Assembly (NCBI GenBank): GCA_965112155.1
Contig: OZ218098.1
Length of the DNA: 64,000 nt
From: Podarcis liolepis
Lineage: Eukaryota
Reading direction: 5' to 3' (one strand)
Below the pieces are notes generated by a model that worked only from the letters and a program-made list of their open reading frames with translations, was not told the origin of the DNA and searched no databases. Positions 51,301-64,000 of the stretch are shown one piece after another. How positions within the stretch are numbered: the first letter of the stretch is position 1; every line of letters begins with the position of its first letter. The position numbers and the translations under genes are program-made.

Positions 51301-54300
51301 AGTTACCACCAAATTGCACCACTGAAGTAGGGCTGTATTTCCTTTAAGTCAAAAGAGGCGAGGTTGGCTGAAGAAACTATCTGCCAAAATTCCCCTCTTC
51401 CAAAGAAAGATAAAACATTCAATGTGCCTTGCGTGGAGACAGCCAAAGAGATGTGCCTGCCCAGTCCATTCCCATTTTTTCCTCACAACTGTAGTTGGAG
51501 ACCCAGACCCAGAACACATTTTTCCCATGCTGACTGGACCAAACTTCAGACTTTCCAAACAATTTATGGTTTGTAAGCTGGGAGGTCCCCAGTTCAAAGG
51601 TTGGCAGACCCCTGGTCTCATTAAGTCCAACCTCATAAAAAACCGCTTATGCAATATTGGAATCGATGACACTAACCTTTCTTAAAAGGTTGTGGTAAGG
51701 ATGACTGAGGTGATATATGTGAATCACTACCAACCTCACTATAAATGCAACCATAAGGCTGCTTCCTGATGGCAACTTCTCATATGGCTGAAAGCCTCCC
51801 CAAACGACCCACAGCTGCTCTGATTCTAGCACACAATTCCAGGGAGAGGAATCCCTTGTCTGAAGGTGAGAACAAGATTCTGGGCTTGGATGTTGGGCTT
51901 TTAGGGAAAATGTTTGTTGCTTCCTCTTGCTACATAATACTAACAGACCAATTTGAGGTACTCTTGGCTAGTCAGTGTGGGGCCAGGATTGAGACCCACC
52001 CTAAGCATTTACCCCAACATACCTCAAGAGACACCTTAATGTATTTCCTGCCTGCAAGCAAATGGTGCTTCTGTACTGAGGCACTGGAGAAGAGGAGGGA
52101 GGGTGCTTGGGTTTAGTTACAGGGTAGGTTACAGTTGGGCACAGGAACCAACCAAAGGCTTGATGGAAAAGGTGGGTTGTGAGGAGGTTTCACTCAGACG
52201 TTCTGTAATGGATTTGTTTTTGCAGTCCAAGGGAGACCGAGTGTGAATGTCCAGCATTCTAACACATAAAGCCTGCTACTGAGCAGGCCATCAATGCCTG
52301 ACTTAAATAACTTCCTCCACTGTCCCCACAAGCATATACGTTGTTATTTCCTGGCTCTTTCCTTTCTTTTTGATAAAAGGAAATATGAAGTTAGCTGTTG
52401 TGGTTTTAAACTATCACTTCCAATTGCTTCTGAGCTAGGTAACTTTAGGGGAAGCACTTGGACTGGAAGAGAGGCCTCCCAAGTGTTGGCATTCTCTTGC
52501 CTATAACCCCCACAGTCCAGTTTTTGTTTACAGCTTAGCTATTCGGTCACTATAGTTAACTCCATCATTGGTCCTAGTCCATTGTACCCTTCAAACTGAG
52601 TGTGGATGAATCATTTTTAGTCCTGACTTGAATTGTATCCAGGCACTTTTGACGCCACTGGTCACAGCTGCCCCATTCTTCTATCTCCTTATTTTTCCAG
52701 GAATTTTCGTCCCACCCTTTTATATGTATTTTGGGGACATTTCAAAGGGGTAGTATTTATCTGGTAAAAATAAATTGATGGAAGGGGTTTTTTTTGGTCT
52801 TAATTGTTTCTTGGTTGTATGGCTTGGGGAAAATAAATTTCCCCTCGCAGCCCATGCTGAGAGAAATTGGTAGGCTCTTGTCAGATGTGTGCATCAATAT
52901 CTATATCTCTCTCTAAAATAAGATAGAAAGAGAGAACATCAGTCAGAAGGAATGACAATCACTTGCTTTCAAGAACAGTGGCTGTATTGGTACCCCAAAA
53001 AGTGCTCTGTATACTTACTTGTGAGTAAGCCCATCAAACCCCATACGGCACCTCTAGTTTTGCTCATCATCAGCTCTGGCTTGGCCCGCCACTGGTGAAA
53101 GGGCCTCTCCAACAGATAACACCTGAGAGAATGTGACCTTCAACAGGAAAAAAGAAAGATTGCTTACCCCTGTTATAGGTAAAACAGTGAACTTCACCAT
53201 GTACCTGACCCAGGAGTTCAAGGACTGATAGGCTCTCTTCCCTTAGCCACAAGACCGGCTGACTTGTCATACCCACAGCCTTTGCATCCTCTCCTGCAGC
53301 GCCAGCTCAAGGGTTTGGAAGGCCCTTGGGCAAGAAGATACACTCTGTGGTGGCAACAGTGAATCAGGAGCTTCTTTTATTACCAATGCTGCCAGACATG
53401 TCCCCCTAATAAATGTTGCTAGGGAGAACTGGATTGGGAAGCTGTTCCTCCTCCTCACTGTCATCATTTACTTGCTTGCCTTTCGGGGGTGCGGGTAGAA
53501 GGAAATAGCAGGGGTGGGTGTGAGCAAGTGACAATTGTGATGAACCTGCATGGGCTGTGGGCTCTTGGTGAAGGTGTGAGGCCCATCCACAACCAACCTC
53601 TGATGACAGTTCCGGGCTGTGATGAACTACTGCAGCACTCACCTGGGAACCTGAGCAGAAAGTGGATTCCTTGTCCACCTCCTACCACGGGATCTCTTGT
53701 TCCCTGCTGCTTCATCACCTTCCTCAATAGGTCCGTCCTCCCTCTTTAGATCCCTGCTCTTTCTGAGCCGCAGAACTTCATGCACCCAAAGCAAGAGAAG
53801 GGAAAAGGACTGAAAAGCACTACCTAGCAGTAAAGACTGCCATTGCTTTTTTCCAGTAAAGCAGGACACTTGATGTCATAATAACTCAGCAAACAGCAGG
53901 CCAATACACTGGCCCAGAACCACTAGGCTAGTCTGATTTGTGACATCTTTAAACTTTTGTCCAGCAATAAAATGTGAGGGCTTTGAATTGCTAGGTTACT
54001 GTTCCTGATCTTTCTTCTACTAATATGGTGCAGCTGTTCTGTGTTTCTCACCAGCAGTTGTTTACAGTTGTGGCGCAGGCCAGAGCATATTTGTGCTAGC
54101 TAGTTTCCTTAAAGGAGACTTTTGTACTGAAGAACCAGCTATTTCTGATACACTTCAGCTCCATCTGCTTTGTTTTAAACAATATATATATCAAATAATA
54201 ATAATAGTCTACCATAAACTATGGAGCTCAGTTTAGGAACAGTGATATTCCAAGGTATGAGGAGGGTAAAAAAGAAAACGGGTTGGATCCAGACTGCTAG

Positions 54301-56859
54301 CTGAGCTGAGGTCCCATTGAAATAAATAGAACAAATTGGTCATGACTTATTTTAGTTCACATTGAAATGAATAGGAATTAAATACAATGAACTTTGGATC
54401 AAGGCTTAATAGAAGGACTGTTTTTTATAAAGAGGTAATAAAATTTGCTAAGGATCTTAGACTACCCTTGTGTACACTTACTTGGAAGGAAACCCCATTG
54501 TATAAAATTGGAATTACCTCTGACTAATCTTGAATAGGATTGGGCAGTTAATGCTTCCCACTTTCTCCTATTATCTTGCCTCTGTCTTTATAACACAGTC
54601 ATCATCTTTCCTCACCATCTGGACGTCAATAAATTAGTGGTTTCAATTAGCTCCATTAAAAAAAAAATCTAATGTTGCTAACTTATTAAATTCAAGAACG
54701 TAAAGCTGGTTGAATGGTCACAATTGTTTAAATGAAAGGTTTGTTTGCCAAGCCGTTTCTCTAAATTAGATTTCCATGGCACTTGGCATTTGATTTTTGA
54801 GAAACTGTAGCTGTCACTTAGCAAACAGTTCTGATCATCTGACTGTATTCACCGTGAAGGCACTTATTAGGTACCGTTCCACACATTTGAAATCTGACTT
54901 CTTTTAAAAAGAGAGAGCTCAGCTTGACTGAAAACTTAACCCTGAGCACTGATTTTTCTGTCTGTAAGCATTCTTTAAAGTAATGGCTCCCACAGGGTCT
55001 GACTCTAAAGGAAACTAACTTTCTTGCCTCGGGTTGCCCAGTCTTGAAATAAAAATTGCTGGTAGTTGTGAGTTGCCTGGGAGCAGAGTCCAGTTTGGGA
55101 GGATGCAATGGGGCAGATGGTGATGCCAACTGACCAGAAAAAAGCGGCTTAGCTTGCTAAAGAACAGGAACTATCTGAAGTATACCAGAATCAGCAGGTG
55201 AAGCTTTTCATGGTGTGGAACTGAACACCATCTGCTAATTGCTGCAGATCAAACTGCTTTTAAAGGGATAGCTGCAGGAGCAGCACAATTCAGAAATGGT
55301 TAACTTTAGTCCTTGAGCTGGTCTGCAGTAGAGGCAGGGTCATTCCAGCACAAAATCAGGCCTATAGTGGTCACAGAGGAATATATAGTCCCCTGCCATG
55401 GGAAGTGTGTTCCTGAGCACCATGGAACAGCAACACTGCTGAAAGTTGCAAAGACTCTTCTCGGTCATAAAGCTCTTACATGGACAAAGTTCAAAAAGTC
55501 TCTCATAGTAAAAGTTCCGAAAGAGAGTACTGGAGTCAATGTCGCCTTATTTTCATGTGCTTTCACTCCATATTTGTAAATGGCAACATTCCAAGACCAG
55601 CCCTGTAAAATACCATGTTTTAGCCATGAGAATATTTGAGTGCTGTTCATGGCAGGGGGCATTAGCATCTTCATCATCTCACACTGTGACTAGGCAAAGT
55701 CCTTCCTGATCTCTAATAATATGGGGTTGTATATGGAAGAGCCTTGTCTGAGCCAATGAGGGAAAATAGGAAACTTAGCAGAAAGGAGCAGGTCATATTA
55801 CTGGCTAAGTAATTCAGGAAGTCTGGAAAGCTGTTCCCCTCTCAAAGATGACTAGCTGCACAATCTTACATGTCTCTATTCAGAAGTAAGTGCCCTTGAG
55901 TTAAATGGGACTTATTCTCATGTAAATGTATATAGGATTTCTCCTTTAAAAGTTCTGTAGTGTTTTGTACAACAGCATCCAAGCAATCTCTGGGGTGTGC
56001 TGCTACCTGTGCTGATTCTGTTAATCTGTTTCAGGCCAGTGGGTGCTTACACAACCCCCCTGCCAGTTTGTGGGCATGAGATTCACTGACTCGGCACACC
56101 TGATGCCCCACCCCAAATCTTTCATCTGAAAGCCATTCACCTAAACCCAGTAATCTGAAGGACTGCTGCACACCCAACACTGAGCAACTTTAGGTGCCTC
56201 CATGCAGTCACTATTTTGCAGGAGGGATTGAGGCACACACTGGGAATTTAGGTTTGCTCAACTGAAACAAATCAAGGTGCCTTATCACCCCAGTACAACA
56301 AAGACTCCCCCCCTTTAAATGACTTTTAGTGATTAGAAAAGTGATGGAGAAATGCACTGAAAAATGTGGGGTGAGCGGATGATCAATGCTAAAGTGTGTT
56401 AACACCCCATAAACAAACCAAAACAAATGCTTGATGGGAGCACTGTGTCAGTTTTGTGCAAGCAGATCAGGGCAATTGGTGAATGATCAGGTTGCCTAGA
56501 GGAGCTTTCCTACAGACTTACAATGAAATACGGTGATACTCAATCAAAACATTGTAATGGAAAATGTGACTAATGCAAGTTTTAATAGAAAATGGAAAGC
56601 CATTAAACAGAAATGTCTGTTTAGGTTTTTCAAAATAAAGATTATTGATTGATGTGGTCAGGAGGAAAGGATCGTTTCTGCCCATTTCTCGCAGAAATGC
56701 TTCTTGGCTGTTATTTGCTCCAAACTGTTCTGCATCCCACAAAGGCCTATGCAAGCCACACAAGCGTTAGGTGGAGTAGAGACAAAATCCCTACAGAGAG
56801 ATTGCACCTTTGGCAGATGAAACTGCAGGCTGAGCTGAGTGAAGCCAGAAATACAAGTA

Positions 56860-57194
56860 CAGTGGTGCCTCGCAAGACGAAAAGAATCCATTCTGTGATT
56901 CTCTTCGTCTAGCGGTTTTTTCGTCTTGCGAAGCAAGCCCATTGAAGGATTAGCGGATTAGCGCTATTAGCGGCTTTTAGCGGCTTATCTGCTGATTGGA
57001 TCAGCTGATAAGCGGCTTAGCGGCTTAGAAAAAGGGGGGAAAGGGAAAAAAACCAGCAGGGACTCGCAAGACATTGTCGTCTTGCGAAGCAAGCCCATAG
57101 GAAATTTGTTTTGCAAAGCACCTCCAAAACGGAAAACTCTTTCGTCTAGCGAGTTTTCCGTCTTGCAAGGCATTCGTCTTGCAGGGCACCACTG
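56860..57194. mobile_element. Tc1/mariner (Tigger-like) MITE with internal ttagcgg repeats
   Basis: TA|cagtggtgcctcgcaagacgaa...ttcgtcttgcagggcaccactg|TA. Confidence 0.88.
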
Positions 57195-58696
57195 TATAAA
57201 CTCAGAAGATGGAGCGGGGGGTGGGGGAAGGGTGAGAGAGACATCTTGCTCTCCTATTTGGGACCAACAGCACAACAACACTGGATAGCCAAGAGGCCAG
57301 AGCCTTGGGTCTTTTGTGCTGGGCTCTGGGTGCCCTGCCTGTTTTTCTCCTCCTCTTAAAAAACTTATTAAACTTTCTTTACAGGCTAAGTGGGCATGTT
57401 GCAAAGCACACCACTGGTGAGTCCCCAGGTATTTGCCATCTTAATTTGCCCAGAAACATTAATTAGAATAGGCAAATTTGTGGCATAGAGTCAACCTATG
57501 CTCTCAAGTATCTAGCAGTGCACATGCTGTGCAGAGAGGGACCTCCTGCTCTCAGTTTTCCTGCGAGGCTGGAACATGTGTATAATAGTAGCAACAGAGG
57601 CAGTGAATCATCATCACTTATCTAAAAAGATTTAAGAGGATCTTTGTCAATGGGCAGCAGTGTGATCTGCAGTGGGCAAGAGTCATGAGCTACAAGGTTT
57701 TCAAAGCCGCCTGACCACTCCAGGATTTAAAGCCATCTTTTTAGATTTGTCAAATAGAACCTCCATGTACATAGGCAGTAGTATATTTCTGCATACTAAA
57801 TGCAAGGGGCAAATAATAAGGAAATATTCTGGTTGACTTATATTGGAAATGGAATGCTGGACTAAATGGAAGTTTGGTTTTCCCCCAGCATGCGAATTAG
57901 AAATTACTTTTATTTTAAAAGTGTAGGAAGGGATTCCAGAGTTTATAATCAGAATGCATAAACTGCAACAATGTGTTACATTCCTAGGTTACAGGAGACA
58001 TCTAGCACTTCATATTAGTGCCTGCCTATTCCATATTTTTCTTGGCAGAACCTGCACTTTCATTACATCATTCGGTCTACCTGTAATAAAGTAATGATTC
58101 AGTTTGTTAGCTTATAATATCCGAAACATTACATCTAGCCTGCATTTTAAACTAGTTTCTGAAATAGAAAAAACATAAACCCTCTTATCACTCCCTTCAA
58201 TGCATCTGTAGCCTGATGTCTGCAGAAGCTTGTCATAATAAACTAGTATTAAGTAGGAGAGTCTATGAGCTGCTGTATTAAAGCAGCAGATCACGCCTGT
58301 TCTAAAAATTCCAGAACAAGCCCACTGTGGACCGAGTGTCATAAGGAAAAGGAAAACAAAACAAGTGGGATGAGGGGACTCCAAGCTATGGAGGGAATGT
58401 TTGTCTGGAACCCCAAGCAAAAACACTTCTGTTAAGAGGGCAAAAATACCACAACATGCAAGCCCTGTTTATATACAAGAGCACACCTGATGCCTTGGTG
58501 CAAACACTGAGATCTGAACAGCCTGCTACTGCAGAAACCATGAACCACATATAACCCTTGTTTAGTTACTGAAAGGGGGGGACATGAAGCTTATGCCTGC
58601 TTAATACTCTCTAGGTTGGGCAGAGCTCTGTGTTTGTGTGTGTGAGGGGGCTGGTTCTTAGACAAGTCACTCTCTATACCTAAGCTGCTTCACAAG

Positions 58697-59140
58697 TAGG
58701 GATGGAAGGATCTGCCAGTTTCAGTTCTCTCGGGTTCTCATTATTGCAATCTTAAATTCGGTTCTCCAGATTTCCGCAACAATTTACTTTAAAAAAAAAA
58801 AATTATCGTAAAATTCCAGCAGCATTTTAGTGCGACTTTCTAGGAATAAACACATTTTTGTATGCAGCGTTGACTAGTATACACATTTTTGCAAGCAATT
58901 TTCTTCACTATGTTGCATTTCTGTATGTTTATTTCCACAAATACATGCATTTTAATGTATACTTTACCCTGATATATGCATTTTTTGTAAGCACGGGTTC
59001 AGTACATTGTAAAAATTCAGACTAGTGTGAATTTCAGTGGCTGTCTGGTTCTCACGTTTCGGTTCACGTGTTCTTTTGGAAAGTGCAAATTTGACAGGTT
59101 CACCTTTAAATACGAACTGAGTTGAATTTCTCCATCCCTG
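58697..59140. mobile_element. hAT MITE
   Basis: TIR tagggatgg / ccatccctg; degenerate 8-bp TSD ttcacaag / ctcaccag. Confidence 0.78.
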
Positions 59141-59495
59141 CTCACCAGTGATATGCTGTCCTGCATTCCCTGGATGGGCGGTTGCCTTCCATGATGCATG
59201 ATTGCATACCCATGTTTTTAGGCCTCTAAAGGTTTTCAGAATGCAATTGAATATTATTTTTACTTATTTTGCAATTTAAATTACTTGGGCGCAGAATAAG
59301 GATGCAGCTAATAGTATATCTGTTAGACTAGGATTCTAGGTCTAGTTGCAAAAAAAAAGTACATCCCCATAAGACAAAATTCTACAGGAAAACTGTGTTG
59401 GGGTCTCCTTTGCAGCCTTGGGCTTCCTTAGAATTCTACCCTTCCAGGCGTTTAGCAGTAGATTAGGTGAGTTCTGGAATCTATTGAGTTATAGT

Positions 59496-59831
59496 GATAT
59501 GATAGCCATGTTCAAATATATAAAAGGATGTCACACAGAGGAGGGAGAAAGGTTGTTTTCTGCTGCTCCAGAGAAGAGGACACGGAGCAATGGATTCAAA
59601 CTACAAGAAAGAAGATTCCACCTAAACATTAGGAAGAACTTCCTGACAGTAAGAGCTGTTCGACAGTGGAATTTGCTGCCAAGGAGTGTGGTGGAGTCTC
59701 CTTCTTTGGAGGTCTTTAAGCAGAGGCTTGACAACCATATGCCAGGAGTGCTCTAATGGTGTTTCCTGCTTGGCAGGGGGTTGGACTCGATGGCCCTCGT
59801 GGTCTCTTCCAACTCTATGATTCTATGATTC
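59496..59831 (+). mobile_element. CR1 LINE 3' end
   Basis: DMIAMFKYIKG..TRSNGFKL..RKNFLTVRAVRQWNLLP..VVESPSLEVFKQRLD; tail ctctatgattctatgatt. Confidence 0.93.
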
Positions 59832-59927
59832 CCTGGCTTCTCTCCTAGCCCTACCTGGAGATGCTGGGGGTGGAATCTGGGACCTTCCACATGCAAAGGC
59901 TCTGCCACTGAGCTATGTCCCTTCCCT

Positions 59928-60178
59928 GAAGAAGAAGAAGAGGAGTTTGGATTTGATATCCCGCTTTATCACTATCCGAAGGAGTCTCAAAGCGGCTAAC
60001 ATTCTACTTTCCCTTCCTCCCCCACAACAAACACTCTGTGAGGTGAGTGGGGCTGAGAGACTTCAAAGAAGTGGGACTAGCCCAAGGTCACCCAGCAGCT
60101 GCATGTGGAGGAGCGGAGACGCGAATCCAGTTCACCAGATTACGAGTCCACCGCTCTTAAACACTACACCACACTGGC
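59928..60178 (-). mobile_element. tRNA-derived SINE (Squam3-like) with (CTT)n tail
   Basis: Minus strand GCCAGTGTGGTGTAGTG(T)TTAAGAGC A-box, GGATTCGCGTCT B-box-like, CORE-like GGGTGACCTTGGGC, tail (CTT)n. Confidence 0.8.
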
Positions 60179-61367
60179 AAGCAAGTAAGTAAGTACACCC
60201 CAGAGATGCAAAGGTGAGATTAGAGGTGCAGTGCACATGCTTCACATATGGTCAGAGATACTATGGCATCATACATTCCAGAGCAGAGAGCAGGTGCCAT
60301 GAAAAAGTCAGGGTCACATCAAGCTCTGGATTTGGCTCCCATGTGCAGCAGGATCCTGCTGCAGGGATGGCACATCTCTACCCAGGCACCAGTCAGTGCC
60401 ACCTTATTGGTCTTTGAGGACAGGGGAGTGATAAGCCAAGCACAGTGGGGTACAGGGTTGCCTGAAAAGCAAGGAAGAACCTTGCCTTTACTAGAATTGC
60501 GCATTGGCTGCCATGGCTGATGCTAAATTTGGCCAGTAGGATCAGGCTCTTTGATGTCTCAAGTTATTTCATGCTTCTTGAATCCTTGTACACTAGTGCC
60601 ACCTTGTGGAAGATAGATACATTTGCTTTTATGGAAACTTTAATATTCTTCATCTATTATGAGATTTCAAAATGCCCTCTTCCTTCCCTACTGCATATGG
60701 AGAGCAAAAGGTTTTTTAAAGCACACACACCCACACCCACACACACACCCCCACACACACAAAAAAACAGCATTGCTCTTCCAGCGACTAATTCTGTCCT
60801 CTTTTTTTTGACATTTGTGGACATAATAAAACATCAAAATCACACACGCTGGGGATTTGCAATCTTTTTCAGCCTAACCAACACAAAGCTCCTCCCACTG
60901 CACCTACTGGTCAATACACTTTTCCCCCAAGAAACTATGTGTTCCTAAGCAGCTGTAGCACAGTGCAGGGTTGGTGGTTCAGTTGCTTAGCACAAGGGTA
61001 GGCCGGCAAAGAGACCTTCAACTTACCTCAAAGCTAGGACTAATTCTGGTCAGTTTGCTAACAATTAACTAATTTGAAGGGCAGCTTCGTCATGCTGCAC
61101 CCCTGATCTTCCTGGACAATATAGATTATTTGGACTGGATTCTTATCAGTTTGGTTTCTGGCCTGGACTTGGGACTGAGACCACCTTTGTATTTTAAGGA
61201 CTGTCTCCTTCTACACAAGCCTACTTAGGCACTCTGTTCAGGAACCAAGGTCTTCTTCTTAAATTAAGTGGGTGGTAACAGAAGATGGATCTTATCAACT
61301 CGAAGGAAGGCCAACACGGCTACCTTTTGACAAGCAGCTTAAAATGTGGCTATCAAAGAATACTTTG

Positions 61368-61604
61368 GAAGCAAAGCTACAGGGAACCAGGCAAAGGGCC
61401 TTCTCGGTAGTGGCGCCCGCCCTGTGGAACGCCCTCCCACGAGATGTCAAAGCGATAAACAACTACCTGACATTCAGAAGACATCTTAAGGCAGCCCTGT
61501 TCAGGGAAGTTTTTAACGTGTGATATTTTAGTGTATTTTTGGTTTCTATGGAAGCCGCCCAGAGTGGCTGGGTAGGCCCAGCCAGATGGGCGGGGTATAA
61601 ATAA

Positions 61605-61653
<49 letters not shown>

Positions 61654-61654
61654 T
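61368..61654 (+). mobile_element. L2 LINE 3' end with (ATT)n tail
   Basis: High similarity to 43078-43335 (RAFSVVAPALWNALP; gaagccgcccagagtggctgg). Confidence 0.9.
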
Positions 61655-61989
61655 CGGAACAGAGTTGATTTAATTGTTGACCCTGTAAAATTTAAAAACA
61701 GCCAGAAGAAAACTTTTTCTCTTACACACATATAATTGGACTGTATGCATCATGGAAAGGCGGGCTATAAATGTTAAGATGAACAAGGCAAAACAGATAA
61801 AAAGGCACCTTTCAGATACAATATAAACCTTCAGATCTGAAATCTGGATTTAGAAGCCAGTTCTTGAAAACTGGTGACTGTTGAGCCTAGACTATGCCAA
61901 GTGTGCTTTAGCAAAATGGATTACTTGCTGACCTTTCAAATCAGAACATTTTGAAAACAGAACCTTAACCCTTGTCCCAAACTCCCCAC

Positions 61990-62397
61990 AAATACCTCAA
62001 GGACTGCCTCTTTCCATATGAGCCTACCTAGACGCAGAGATCATCTTCTGAGGCCCTCCTTCGTGTGCCTCCTCCTTGAGAGGTCCAGAGGGTAGCAACA
62101 TGAGAACAGGCCTTCTCTGCAGTGGCCCCCCCGTCTGTGGAATGCTCTTCCCAAGGAAGTTCACATGGCGCCTTCATTATACACCTTTAGGCGCTAGGCA
62201 AAAATGTTCCTTTTTAACTAGGCCTTTGGTTGATTTGACATCCTAGGCCCTTTCAAAATATGTTTCTTTTTTGGGGAGGGGTGTCATTAGGTTTATTATT
62301 ATTATTATATATATTGTGGTTTTATATTTTGATTTTGTTCTGTGAACTGCCCTGAGACCTCCAGGTATAGGGCGGTATATAAATTCAATAAATAAAA
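61990..62397 (+). mobile_element. Older L2-family 3' fragment
   Basis: tacctcaaggac..gccttctctgcagtggcccc..tggaatgctcttccc..gggcggtatataaat. Confidence 0.75.
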
Positions 62398-63199
62398 TAC
62401 AATTCATAAGCTCAAAAAGGGTCTACAATATTTGTTTTCTCTTTGGGATAAATTACATTGTGGCCAGGGAGCAGAGCAGATTTTAGCACATGCTGTTGCT
62501 TTTGCAACTGGCATTTTGTTCAAACGAAACATTAACTATGCTCATCTTCAGACTGTTAGTTAAAAAGAAAAGAAAAACCCAAATCAGTTGGAAACAGAAT
62601 TGCAGCTGTGTTTCTAGGTCATCCGGAAAACAAACTGTCAGTTGATGCAACTTGCTGTCCAACTGCTGCTTAGTGAACTGTAGGAAAATTAGTTGCACAG
62701 ATTTCTCCGTCTCCAGTGTAGTAGTCTGAATTAGTTTTGCCTCTAAATGCAACATGACCAAGCCTTGTATTCTTCAGTTAAAAAGGACTGGGGGCATGGG
62801 AGCAGGATACCGCAAACAAAAGACATTTTGCAAAATTAACATTTATTTAAGTGGCTTACTGGTGACACATAGCAGTTGACAAACTGAACTATGAACCTGA
62901 CAGTTCTGAGTTAGTATATGTGAGAGTCTAAAATACTGTTAACACCTCAGTATCTAGGGGGAAATATCCACTCCTTCCATGTGAGTCTGCCCAGGCGCTC
63001 TGCTAAACAGCCAAAGCTGCTTAATGGTCCTCCTAATGCCTGACATTTCATGGGTGGGTCCCATGACATGACTTTTCCAACTAGACTGTGGATAGAGCTC
63101 CCCAAGTGGGTTTATTTGTCTCTCTTCCTCCTTGCTTTTTTTGGGAGCAACTAAAACCTGGCTCTTATGAGAGCATCTGCCCAGTTCAGCTGCTTGTTC

Positions 63200-63850
63200 C
63201 CATTAAACTACTGCCTGTCTCCGCTCCGCCTGCCTCTGAAGATAATTCAGAAAGTTCAGCTGGTACAGAATTTGGTGGCCAGGTTGCTCACTGAGGCAAA
63301 ATGGTTTTAGCACTGATCCTGGCCTGACTACACTGGCTGCCAATTTAGTTTCCAGGCCCAAGTCAAAGTGCTGGTTTTGAGCAATAAAGCCTTAAACGGC
63401 TTAGGGCTTCAATACCTCAAGCACCGCTTCTCCCCATATGAACCTACCTGGAACCTGGGATCATCATCTGAGGCCCTTGTTCATGTCTCTTCCACGAGAG
63501 GTCCAGTGTGTGGCAACATGTGAATGGGCCTTTTTTTGCAGTAGCTCCCCATTTGTGGAAAGTTTTCTCCAGGGAGTTTTGGCTGGCACCTTCATTATAC
63601 ACTTTTAGGTGCCTGGCAAAAACATTCCTCTTAACCAGGCTGATTAACATCCTATACTCTTGTCTTTAAGGTGCTACTGGAAGGAATTTTTTCTTTTAAA
63701 TGTGTTTGTGGGAGAGCGGGTATCGGTTTGTGAGGTGGGGTTTTTTTGTTATTGTTTTTATTATGCATTTTTAAAAATCTTGTCTCTTTATGTTTTGAGC
63801 AACCCTTAAATTAATGGATGAAAGGCGATAAGACAAATTAAATAAAATAG
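63200..63850 (+). mobile_element. Older L2-family 3' fragment
   Basis: Decayed LPLKIIQKVQLVQN..ARLL, LHWLP-like coding; similar to the 61990 copy. Confidence 0.72.
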
Positions 63851-64000
63851 CAAAGTGTACACCACCTTGGAAATAATGTGGATTTTTAGAAGATGGCTGA
63901 ATTCCTTTTAGCACACTGCATTGGTGGCTATATAGACTTCTGAATCACCTTATTATATAAATAGAAGCCAGTTTCTAATGCCCTGTGTGACTGTGAAACA

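Noticed and set aside
49966-51347. Multiple 100-220 aa ORFs in the CpG island
   Set aside because: Overlapping on both strands, low-complexity and GC-driven, with no recognisable domain.
55413-55433. RE1/NRSE-like motif ctgagcaccatggaacagcaa
   Set aside because: It has a 1-nt insertion and mismatches relative to TTCAGCACCnnGGACAGCGCC; too weak to call.

Overview
Vertebrate genomic DNA, most likely a squamate reptile and probably a lacertid lizard (inferred from the repeat set: BovB, CR1, L2 with (ATT)n tails, tRNA-derived SINE, Tc1/mariner and hAT MITEs). It carries one complete protein-coding gene, synaptotagmin-12 (SYT12), on the minus strand. Seven coding exons with canonical GT-AG junctions and consistent phases (31853-31886, 30124-30317, 29475-29864, 8276-8491, 7874-7994, 6676-6809, 4299-4472) total 1263 nt, i.e. 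420 aa plus stop. A CpG island at ~49.95-51.3 kb is the probable promoter and non-coding exon 1. The rest is intron, UTR and intergenic sequence rich in transposons. The most notable observations are: (1) a CpG-rich 88-89-bp tandem array of back-to-back hairpins attached to a mariner/Tc2-type terminal repeat in intron 1; (2) a 3'-truncated U6 snRNA retrocopy in the 21-kb intron; (3) a solo LTR with an intact 5-bp TSD inserted next to the YxDD motif of an L2 reverse transcriptase, with a related LTR piece nested in another LTR; (4) candidate alternative or poison exons and uORFs of SYT12. I found no convincing evidence of a wholly new biological system. Most ORFs in the supplied track are spurious.
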